Both the position numbers and the translations under genes were made by a program. A stretch of DNA of 64,000 nucleotides, from the NCBI GenBank assembly GCA_900772095.1, contig CAAGQJ010000031.1, forward strand, positions 14,479-78,478. The letters are read 5' to 3'. Shown one piece after another: positions 18,309 through 26,328 of this stretch. The stretch comes from Bacilli bacterium (lineage in GTDB: Bacteria; Bacillota_I; Bacilli_A; RF39; UBA660). Each line of letters opens with the position of its first letter. Within the stretch, counting starts at the first letter, position 1. Under the pieces are notes generated by a model. The model searched no databases. It was not told the origin of the DNA and worked only from the letters and a program-made list of their open reading frames with translations.

Positions 18309-19868
18309 ATGAGAAATAAAAAAGGTTTTACTCTAGTAGAAATAATAGTAGTAATAGCAATAATAGGGGTTCTAGCAGGTATTATTGTTCCTAGTGTAAT
18401 GAGATATGTAAGAAGAGGTAAAAATGATTATAATGCTAATTTGGAAACAGAGTTAGTATCGGTAGCAAAGAGTTATTATTCTGAACATAAAGAAGAGTTG
18501 CCAAGAGGCTATATAAATGAAAATACTAATTTACCTATAACTACAAAGCTTCTTGGAGTATCGTATTTAGCAAATCAAAATTATTTACTTGGTGATTTTA
18601 AAGATGCTGATGGTAATAATTGTAAAATAAATAGTTATGTTGTTGTAGAAAATGATGGTGGTAACTATAAATATACTCCATGTGTAGTGTGTGATAGCGG
18701 ATATAGTTCTGATGAAAAGTCATGTAACTATAAAGCTCCGAGTTCATCTAATGAGGGTGAAAATACTCCTCCTTCTTGTAGTTTAACGTTGAAAAGTGGG
18801 GTTATAAATAAATGGACTAATGGTGATGTAGTTTTAAAGTTATCTGCTAGTGATAATAAAGGATTATCATATTATTATTTAAATAATGATGCAGATGGAA
18901 TTACTATAAAAGACAATCCTTTATCGTTTGAGCATGAAATAAATTTTGATAAAGATACCAATATTCCTAGTTATTATGTAAAAATTGAGGATGTTTCTAT
19001 AAATTATAATCGTTGTTATTTTAATGAAAAAATACTAATAGATAAGACAGCACCAACTGTTGATGATATTAACTTTGATGGTGATGGTAATGTTCTTACA
19101 ATTAAGGCGAGTGATAAAGGTGGCAGTGGTTTAGATAGAGTATGTATTAGTGCTAATGAATTTAAGTGTGATTGGGATGATAGTTTTTCTTTTGATATTA
19201 GCTCTGGAACATATACTAAATCTGGTTATAATCCACCTAACAATTATACTGGTATAATATATGTTTTTGTAAAAGATAAGGCAGGTAATGTATCTGTTAG
19301 TACAAAATACACTATAGTAAAATTGCCAACAAAGGTAGTAATTTATAATGATAGTAAAACTTATTTTTATTCTAGTGGAGCACCAACAACAGTGTGTTTA
19401 CAAGATGCAATTGGGTTAAATCATTTTACTATAGAAAGGGAATTTTATACTGAAAAGCAAATAAATGTAAGTTATTATTATGATGAAGCAAAAAAGGCTT
19501 ATTGTTTTAATGATAAGGTTACTTTGAGCCAACCAAGGTATACTTATGTTTATTATAAAGCTAAATATAATGATGATTATACAAAGTCGGATGGTTCTAT
19601 AGTTTCTTTAAAAGCAAGTTTTACAAATAAAACAAAAAAAACTTATTATGTTGGATGTGTATATTTTGAACAAATATCTGATTATACTCCAAAACCAACT
19701 TGGCAAGATAAATATTGTGATAGTTCAAAAAGATTATATGCATATAATAAGCTAGATTATGTTGATTTTGAAGGACAATATTTATATAGTTATAGTGATT
19801 CTGATTATGTTTGGGATATAACTAATGGTGCATATCGTTTTGGAGATCAGTTTAGATTTTATAATTAA
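18309..19868 (+). CDS. large type IV prepilin-type protein (class III signal), paralogue of 16044-17609 with a different C-terminal half
   Basis: MRNKKG|FTLVEIIVVIAIIGVLAG. The first ~130 aa are similar to cassette A. Ig-like repeats are present (ASDKGGSGLDRVCIS, VFVKDKAGNVSVS). The C-terminal domain is Tyr-rich and unknown. Confidence 0.75.
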   Translation: MRNKKGFTLVEIIVVIAIIGVLAGIIVPSVMRYVRRGKNDYNANLETELVSVAKSYYSEHKEELPRGYINENTNLPITTKLLGVSYLANQNYLLGDFKDADGNNCKINSYVVVENDGGNYKYTPCVVCDSGYSSDEKSCNYKAPSSSNEGENTPPSCSLTLKSGVINKWTNGDVVLKLSASDNKGLSYYYLNNDADGITIKDNPLSFEHEINFDKDTNIPSYYVKIEDVSINYNRCYFNEKILIDKTAPTVDDINFDGDGNVLTIKASDKGGSGLDRVCISANEFKCDWDDSFSFDISSGTYTKSGYNPPNNYTGIIYVFVKDKAGNVSVSTKYTIVKLPTKVVIYNDSKTYFYSSGAPTTVCLQDAIGLNHFTIEREFYTEKQINVSYYYDEAKKAYCFNDKVTLSQPRYTYVYYKAKYNDDYTKSDGSIVSLKASFTNKTKKTYYVGCVYFEQISDYTPKPTWQDKYCDSSKRLYAYNKLDYVDFEGQYLYSYSDSDYVWDITNGAYRFGDQFRFYN

Positions 19869-19916
19869 TTTAAATTAACTGAAAGCGAACAAATTAGAAA
19901 AATAATAATTAATTAC

Positions 19917-19945
19917 TTGTATTATTAATGAAAAGAGTATATAAT
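19917..19945 (+). promoter_or_regulatory. candidate promoter of the aspS leader
   Basis: TTGTAT 19917-19922, a 17-nt spacer, then TATAAT 19940-19945. Confidence 0.45.
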
Positions 19946-19950
19946 TTAAT

Positions 19951-20176
19951 TAATGACTTTGAAGAGGAATAAATTATAATAAAATTATAGAGAGTTAGTG
20001 GTTGGTGTAAACTAATATAGAGTTATAATTTTTGACACCTTGGAGTTGTTTATCTGAAATTAGTAGGATAAACCGGCTAAACCGTTATCAAATAAGTGAT
20101 TATAGTAATATAATAAATTGGGTGGTACCGCGGATTAACAGTTATTCGTCCCTTTGGGATATAACTGTTTTTTTAT
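19951..20176 (+). promoter_or_regulatory. T-box riboswitch leader, Asp (GAC) specifier
   Basis: Stem I elements (GAAGAGG..AGAGAG..TTGGAG), specifier loop ..TTTTTGACACC with GAC at 20034-20036 followed by A, T-box sequence AAATTGGGTGGTACCGCGG at 20115-20133, and a terminator hairpin. Confidence 0.85.
20137..20176 (+). terminator. T-box attenuator terminator
   Basis: AACAGTTAT (20137-20145) pairs with ATAACTGTT (20161-20169), followed by T7. Confidence 0.75.
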
Positions 20177-20190
20177 TGAGGAGGAAAGTT

Positions 20191-21945
20191 ATGAAGAAAA
20201 ATATGAATACTGATTTTAGTCTTTTGGATGTAAACAAAAAAGTTGAACTTTATGGTTGGGTAAGTAAGAAAAGAAATCTAGGTGGAGTAATTTTTATAGA
20301 TCTACGTGATAGAAGTGGAATTATTCAACTTGTAGTTAATCCAGATAATTCTTTTTATGATACTGCGCTTAGTTTAAAGAGTGAATATGTTATTCGAGTA
20401 CAGGGAGTAATAAAAGAAAGAGAAAATAAAAATAAAAATCTTTTAACTGGTGATATTGAAGTAGATGTTACTGATATAGAAATAATTAATAAATCTGAAG
20501 ATTTGCCATTTGAAATAAGTGATAATACTACTGCAAGTGAGGAAACAAGATTAAAATATCGTTATCTTGATATAAGAAGAAATTCTATTAAAAATAATTT
20601 GATTTTAAGGCATAAAATTATGTTGTCTGCAAGAAATTTCTTTGATAAGAATGGATTTATTGAAGTAGAAACACCAATACTTGGGAAGTCTACTCCAGAG
20701 GGTGCAAGGGATTATTTAGTGCCTTCAAGAGTAAATAAGGGTAATTTTTATGCATTGCCTCAGTCACCACAAGTTTATAAACAATTATTAATGGTTGGAG
20801 GTATAGAAAGATATTTTCAAATAGCAAAGTGTTTTAGAGATGAAGATTTGCGTGCTGATAGACAACCAGAGTTTACTCAAATAGATGTTGAAATGAGTTT
20901 TGTATCTGAAGATGATGTTATGGAAATTGGAGAACAATTTATTAAGACTATTTTTAAAGATACAATAAATTATGATATAAAATTGCCTTTAATGCGTATG
21001 AAATATGTTGATGCTATTAAGGATTATGGTTCTGATAAACCTGATTTAAGATTTGATATGAAAATAAAGGATATTACTGAGGTGTTTAAAAATACTTCTA
21101 TAGAGTTTATAAAAAATATAATTAATAATTCTGGTATTGTAAATTGTTTGGTTGTGAAAGATGGAAGTTCAAAGTATTCGAGGAAAGATATAGATAAGTT
21201 ATCTGATTATGTAAAGACTTATAAGGCTAATTTTTTAGCGTATTTAAAAATTGAAGATGAAGTTACTGGTAGTTTAGCAAAAAATATGACAAGTGAAGAG
21301 ATTAAATCTTTAAGGGATGTATTAGAATTAGATAAGAATGATTTAGTTTTAATAGTTTCTGGTGATTATAATATAGTAAAAACATCTTTGGGAGCATTAA
21401 GATGTAAACTTGCTCGTGATTTGAATTTAATAGATAAGAATGATTATAAGTTATTGTGGGTTACTGATTTTCCTTCTTTTGAATGGAGTGAGGAAGAAGG
21501 GCGTTTTGTTGCATGTCATCATCCTTTTACTGCACCAAAGGATGAAGATATAGATAAGCTTATGACTGATAAGGCGAATTGTTATTCAAAGGCTTATGAT
21601 ATTGTTATAAATGGTTATGAAGCTGGTGGTGGTTCTATTAGAATTCATAATGAGGAGGTTCAAGAGAAAATGTTCCTTGCGCTTGGACTTTCTATGGAAC
21701 TTGCTCGTGATAAATTTGGTTATTTTATGGATGCCTTTAAATATGGTGCGCCAAGTCATGGCGGTTTTGCATGTGGTTTAGATAGATTAACTATGTTACT
21801 TTCTAAAACAGATAATATAAAAGATGTTATTGCATTTCCAAAGACGACATCTGCTTCATGTTTGATGAGCGAATGCCCAAATAAAGTAGATAATTCTCAA
21901 CTTGAAATATTAGGTATTTCAGTAGATAAAAAGAGTAAGGACTAA
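20191..21945 (+). CDS. aspS: aspartyl-tRNA synthetase
   Basis: ATG 20191 after GAGGAGG. OB-fold VELYGWVSKKRNLGGVIFIDLRD, class II motif 2 FRDEDLRADRQPEFTQID, GGGSIRIH, and motif 3 GLDRL. The track's upstream extension is the T-box leader. Confidence 0.9.
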   Translation: MKKNMNTDFSLLDVNKKVELYGWVSKKRNLGGVIFIDLRDRSGIIQLVVNPDNSFYDTALSLKSEYVIRVQGVIKERENKNKNLLTGDIEVDVTDIEIINKSEDLPFEISDNTTASEETRLKYRYLDIRRNSIKNNLILRHKIMLSARNFFDKNGFIEVETPILGKSTPEGARDYLVPSRVNKGNFYALPQSPQVYKQLLMVGGIERYFQIAKCFRDEDLRADRQPEFTQIDVEMSFVSEDDVMEIGEQFIKTIFKDTINYDIKLPLMRMKYVDAIKDYGSDKPDLRFDMKIKDITEVFKNTSIEFIKNIINNSGIVNCLVVKDGSSKYSRKDIDKLSDYVKTYKANFLAYLKIEDEVTGSLAKNMTSEEIKSLRDVLELDKNDLVLIVSGDYNIVKTSLGALRCKLARDLNLIDKNDYKLLWVTDFPSFEWSEEEGRFVACHHPFTAPKDEDIDKLMTDKANCYSKAYDIVINGYEAGGGSIRIHNEEVQEKMFLALGLSMELARDKFGYFMDAFKYGAPSHGGFACGLDRLTMLLSKTDNIKDVIAFPKTTSASCLMSECPNKVDNSQLEILGISVDKKSKD

Positions 21946-22004
21946 GGTTATAGAACTTTAGTTTTTTACTCTTTCATTTTATTAAAAAAAATGTTATATT
22001 TAAT

Positions 22005-23270
22005 GTGGTGATACTAGTGGTAAAAAGAAGGAAAAGAAAGTATAAATTAAAAAAGAAGTTTAAATTATTATTGTTTGTAATTTTTGTACTTGGATTTATT
22101 TTAATAATAAAGCCATTTAATAATAGGGATAATAAGAAAAGTATTTTTAGTGAAAGTTATGAATATCAAAATATTATAAGAAATAATACTAATGAGGTTA
22201 TTGATGATGATGTAGAGGCTTTAATTATTAGTTTTTTAAATACATATTTTAGAGCAATGAAGGAATTAAAAGAATATGATATGATGAAATATTTTAATAA
22301 TTATGAGGAGGCATATTTAAATCAAACTGCACTTAAAGTTCTTATAAATTCTAGGGTTAAGCAATTAAATGATTTAAAACTTGATAAAGTAAGTTATGAT
22401 ATTTATTATGAGGATATATCTACTAATGATGATGTTATAAAGGTAGTTTTAAAGGAAAATAGTTATCTTAATTTTAATTTTATGAAAGATATAACTTCAA
22501 AGATATATAATGTTGTTAATACTTTTTATATAGTTAAAGAAGATGATGGTTATAAAATACAGAAATTTGATAAGGAACAGGGGTATTTTATAATGACTAA
22601 GGATTTATATTCTTCTAATGGTAAAACTGATGAGGAGATAAAGGATGATTTGGATAGTATTTTAAAAGTATATAATGATGAATTTGATAAGATGCTTAAA
22701 GAGCAAAATGTTTTATATAATAGGTATCTTGAATATAAGGATAAGAAGTTTAAAGAGTGTGATAATAAATATGATAGAAATAGTGCTAGGGATTATGCTT
22801 TAAGTCATGTTTTAGAAAGTACTCCAGTAAATTATGGTTCTCTTGGGGGAAATTGTCAAAACTATGCTTCTTGGGTTTTAAATGCTGGTGGTATACCTAT
22901 GGATAATGATGGTTCTTATAAGTGGAAACATTATGATTCTAGTATAGATGAAACTAGTTCAAAAAAGGGAAGAACTTCGTCATGGACTGGGGTTGTAAAT
23001 TTTTATAATTATGCTAAAAACAATACTGGATATGGGTTATGTAGTGAAGTAGATGTAAATACTTATTATGGTGAAGCTGGCGATATTATTCAAATTGGTT
23101 ATGATAATGAATATAGGCATTCAGCGGTGGTTATAGATACATATAAGAAAGATGGTAGTACTATAGATTTAATTTTAAATTCTAATACTGGTGATTTGGA
23201 ACAATTTCCGCTTTCGGCATATGTTTATCCTTTGAAAAGATTGATAAAGGTTTTGGGCTTTAACAATTAA
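22005..23270 (+). CDS. membrane-anchored protein with a C-terminal putative amidase (Amidase_6-like) domain
   Basis: Basic N-terminus plus TM. The C-terminal RNSARDYALSHV..GGNCQNYASWVLNAGGIPMD..HSAVVID pattern matches the putative amidase domain family. Confidence 0.55.
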   Translation: MVILVVKRRKRKYKLKKKFKLLLFVIFVLGFILIIKPFNNRDNKKSIFSESYEYQNIIRNNTNEVIDDDVEALIISFLNTYFRAMKELKEYDMMKYFNNYEEAYLNQTALKVLINSRVKQLNDLKLDKVSYDIYYEDISTNDDVIKVVLKENSYLNFNFMKDITSKIYNVVNTFYIVKEDDGYKIQKFDKEQGYFIMTKDLYSSNGKTDEEIKDDLDSILKVYNDEFDKMLKEQNVLYNRYLEYKDKKFKECDNKYDRNSARDYALSHVLESTPVNYGSLGGNCQNYASWVLNAGGIPMDNDGSYKWKHYDSSIDETSSKKGRTSSWTGVVNFYNYAKNNTGYGLCSEVDVNTYYGEAGDIIQIGYDNEYRHSAVVIDTYKKDGSTIDLILNSNTGDLEQFPLSAYVYPLKRLIKVLGFNN

Positions 23271-24549
23271 TTTTCTTTATTTTACTATATAAGTATATAA
23301 TATTAAATATATAATAAGTTAAATATGATATTAGAATTGGCATCATTCCAATATTTAAAAATAATGTAATAAATAGTGTTAGTGTTTTAATAATAATTCC
23401 GATAGAACTTGCTCTTGCTATATATTTTGCTTTATTCATAGCTTGAAGACTACTTATGAGTGGTCCAATAATATAGGATGGTAAGAAAATAATTGCGGCA
23501 ATTCTTAATTTTTCAGTTCCACTAGTTACATTAAACATTATATTTAAGAAAAAGCTTGGAAATAAAACAAGTAATATAGTGCAAGGAATACCTACTGCTA
23601 GGGAAAGCATTATTGCTTGTTTTATTTTTTGTTTTACTCTTTTTATATTGCCATTACTAGAATATTTGGAAATAACAGGAAGAAGGGCTGAACTAATTGC
23701 ACCAGTTAAAAACATTGGCATTGTAACCATTGGTAGGACATAGCCATTTATTATTCCATAACCATTTGTTATATAGTTATTATCAAATCCTAGTTTTAAT
23801 AAAACAAATGTAACTATTACTGGTTCTAAGAAGTTACCTACTGAAGTAATTAATCTACCTATAGTAGTAGGAAAGGATATTGCTACAATGTCTTTAATAT
23901 TATCATAGTTTGGTTTTATGTCTTCTTTTTTTATTTTGAAATTTTTAGGTAAAAATAAGAATAGTATAATAATTGAAGATAATTCACTAACAATATTTAA
24001 TAGTATTAAGAAAGTAATAGTTACAATAGTACCTTTTGGTAATATGTAGGGAGTAACTAAGACTACTATAATTATTCTAATTATTTGTTCGAAAATATTT
24101 GATATAACATGGGGAAACATTTTTTCTTTTCCAAAGAAGTATCCTCTTGCAATACTAGATAATGTAATAAATGGAAGAGTAAAACTAATTGATAAAATGG
24201 GGTAGTATAAGTCGTTATTTTTAAGTAAATTATTGGCAATAAAGGAAGAGGAAAGTACTAAAATAAGCATGATTATTATATTATAAATCATTGCTATTGG
24301 AATAACTCCTAGTATAACATTTTTATTATTTCTTTTGTTTTCACTAATTAGTTTTGAAAGGGAAGTTGGTAGTGAAAAGCTTGTTATTGTTATAAATAGA
24401 TTAAAAGTAGGCATAACAAGCATATATAAGCCGATGTTATTACTACCTATATATCTAGTTATAACTATTCTGATTACCATAGCAAGTATTTTTGTGATAA
24501 AGCCTCCTAGAACTAGAATAATTGTTGATTTTATAAACTTTTCTTTCAT
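23260..24549 (-). CDS. MOP-superfamily flippase (polysaccharide biosynthesis / SpoVB-MurJ-like)
   Basis: 429 aa, polytopic. The N-terminus KSTIILVLGGFITKILAMVIRIVITRYIGSNNIGLY is typical of the family. Confidence 0.65.
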   Translation of the reverse strand: MKEKFIKSTIILVLGGFITKILAMVIRIVITRYIGSNNIGLYMLVMPTFNLFITITSFSLPTSLSKLISENKRNNKNVILGVIPIAMIYNIIIMLILVLSSSFIANNLLKNNDLYYPILSISFTLPFITLSSIARGYFFGKEKMFPHVISNIFEQIIRIIIVVLVTPYILPKGTIVTITFLILLNIVSELSSIIILFLFLPKNFKIKKEDIKPNYDNIKDIVAISFPTTIGRLITSVGNFLEPVIVTFVLLKLGFDNNYITNGYGIINGYVLPMVTMPMFLTGAISSALLPVISKYSSNGNIKRVKQKIKQAIMLSLAVGIPCTILLVLFPSFFLNIMFNVTSGTEKLRIAAIIFLPSYIIGPLISSLQAMNKAKYIARASSIGIIIKTLTLFITLFLNIGMMPILISYLTYYIFNIIYLYSKIKKINC

Positions 24550-24594
24550 AGTTAAATATATGAAAGAATGTAAGTTATTAGCATAAAATTTAGT

Positions 24595-25602
24595 ATGAAA
24601 AAATTAAATTATAAATTAATAAATATTCTATTAGTTTTTCTTATAATGTTTTTATTATATAAATTATTTCCTCTTTTTTATATGTTTTTTGGTGTTTTAA
24701 AGAAAGTATTAGGACCTTTTTTTATATCATTTATTATTTCATATGCATTGTATCCTGTAACAGTTTTTTTTAATAAGAGGTTTAATAAAGCACTTTCTTA
24801 TATTTTTACTATTTTAATAGTTATTTTTCTTTTTTTTATTTTATTATATTTTTCTATACCAATAATTATTAAAGAATTAAATATTTTGGGAAATGATTTA
24901 TTAACTATTTTACCAAGAATATTGAGTAAAAATATTCCGAGTGTTTTTAGTAATTTAATAAGTAATACTTTATCTATTTTTAGTAATAATGTTTATAAAG
25001 TTAGTTTGTCTTTTATTAAAAATTCTATTTCTTTTGTAATAAATCTTTCTCTTATTGCTATTATGAGTGTTTCTTTATTGGTAAATATGGATAAAATAAG
25101 AAGTTTTTTGAAGAGAATTATTAGAAATAAAGATGTTTATTTACTTGTTCAAAATATTGATAGTGAGTTGTTTTGTTATATTAAGAGTATTTTTAGTATT
25201 ATGCTTATTGAAATATTTGAATATACATTATTATATTTTTTAATAGGGCATCCTTATTATTATTTACTTGGTATTTTAATTGGGATAACTACTATTATAC
25301 CTTACGTTGGGGCTTTGTTTACTAATTTTATAGCGTTTATAACGGCGATAAATGTTAGTAGTAAGTTATTTATTTTTACGGCATTAATATCGCTTTTTAT
25401 TCCTATAATAGATAATTATTTAGTTGATCCTAAAATAATGAGTAAAAGGGTTAAGGTGTCTTTTTTGGAGGTAATTGTATCTATTATAATTTCTTCTTCT
25501 TTGTTTGGGGTTACTGGTTTAATAGTAGCGGTACCATTATATATAATAGTAAGTAATATAGTTAAGTATTTATATAAAACTATTTATAATAAAGCAAAGT
25601 AA
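24595..25602 (+). CDS. AI-2E family (PerM/UPF0118) transporter
   Basis: 335 aa, about 8 TM, with the conserved ..IPYVGA.. region. Confidence 0.65.
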   Translation: MKKLNYKLINILLVFLIMFLLYKLFPLFYMFFGVLKKVLGPFFISFIISYALYPVTVFFNKRFNKALSYIFTILIVIFLFFILLYFSIPIIIKELNILGNDLLTILPRILSKNIPSVFSNLISNTLSIFSNNVYKVSLSFIKNSISFVINLSLIAIMSVSLLVNMDKIRSFLKRIIRNKDVYLLVQNIDSELFCYIKSIFSIMLIEIFEYTLLYFLIGHPYYYLLGILIGITTIIPYVGALFTNFIAFITAINVSSKLFIFTALISLFIPIIDNYLVDPKIMSKRVKVSFLEVIVSIIISSSLFGVTGLIVAVPLYIIVSNIVKYLYKTIYNKAK

Positions 25603-26203
25603 TTATTCTTCCTTTTGTTAGAATGAAGCCTTCATCTTTTAAGTTTTTAAGTTCTCTAGACATGGCAGTTCTATCTACTGCTAGATAGTCTGCTAGAAGA
25701 GTGTAACTAAATGGTAGATATATTATTCTTTTATGATTTGATGCAACTTTAAAGTATTCAAGTAATTTATCGCGTATAGTTTTTTTGGATAGGATTTCGA
25801 TGTGTTTGTTTTTTTCATCTATTAGTTTTATTAATATATCAAGTAAATTTTTTAAAAACCTATTATAATAGGAAGTATTGTTATTTAAAATGAGGGCGCT
25901 TTCATAATCAATAAATAATATTCGTGAATTTTCTTTTACTAGAACTGAGTATTCATCGTTTGATAAATAGGATATAGTAGTGCCAAATATATTGTTATCA
26001 TTTAATTCTTCGACTATTTTTTGGTTACCATTATAATCTGTTTTAATAATAGAAAGTCTTCCTTTTAATAAAACTCCAATTATATTTTCTCTTGTATTTA
26101 TAGAAATATAGGAGTTTTTAGTATAGGTTCTTGTATATGATTCGAATAGTTTTAGTAATTTTATTTGGTCTTTTAAGTTAATATTATAGAATAGTTCGTT
26201 CAT
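25580..26203 (-). CDS. Crp/Fnr-family transcriptional regulator
   Basis: ATG 26203 (AGAGGTG RBS). N-terminal cNMP-binding-like beta-roll and a C-terminal HTH (LADYLAVDRTAMSRELKNLKDEGFI). No FNR-type Cys cluster is present. Confidence 0.7.
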   Translation of the reverse strand: MNELFYNINLKDQIKLLKLFESYTRTYTKNSYISINTRENIIGVLLKGRLSIIKTDYNGNQKIVEELNDNNIFGTTISYLSNDEYSVLVKENSRILFIDYESALILNNNTSYYNRFLKNLLDILIKLIDEKNKHIEILSKKTIRDKLLEYFKVASNHKRIIYLPFSYTLLADYLAVDRTAMSRELKNLKDEGFILTKGRIITLLYYK

Positions 26204-26222
26204 TTTACACCTCTTGAATAAA

Positions 26223-26251
26223 ATTTTATCATTTTTTCTTGTTTGTTGCAA
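26223..26251 (-). promoter_or_regulatory. candidate promoter of the Crp/Fnr-family gene
   Basis: On the minus strand: TTGCAA (26251-26246, inside the palindrome), a 17-nt spacer, then TGaTAAAAT (-10 at 26228-26223). Confidence 0.45.
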
Positions 26252-26260
26252 TTGCAACAA
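26243..26260. promoter_or_regulatory. perfect 18-bp palindrome, candidate Crp/Fnr-family operator
   Basis: TTGTTGCAATTGCAACAA. The inner TGTTG-N6-CAACA has CRP-type 5-6-5 geometry. Confidence 0.5.
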
Positions 26261-26277
26261 TACTATTTTTTTATTTG

Positions 26278-26286
26278 TGTTATATT
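26278..26286 (+). promoter_or_regulatory. candidate extended -10 of nrdD
   Basis: TGtTATATT. No good -35 is seen at 17 nt. Confidence 0.4.
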
Positions 26287-26328
26287 TTTATTGTAAGAAA
26301 AATAAAAAAGTTGTAGAGGAGAAGTTAT

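Noticed and set aside
20032-20190. The 53-codon N-terminal extension (TTG start) of the aspS ORF in the track.
   Set aside because: The stretch contains the T-box specifier loop, the conserved T-box core and the terminator hairpin. The real start is ATG 20191, behind GAGGAGG.
26204-26260. The N-terminal extension (MLQLQQTRKNDKILFKRCK) of the Crp/Fnr-family ORF.
   Set aside because: It reads through the 18-bp palindrome and the predicted promoter. ATG 26203 has an AGAGGTG RBS and gives a normal family length.
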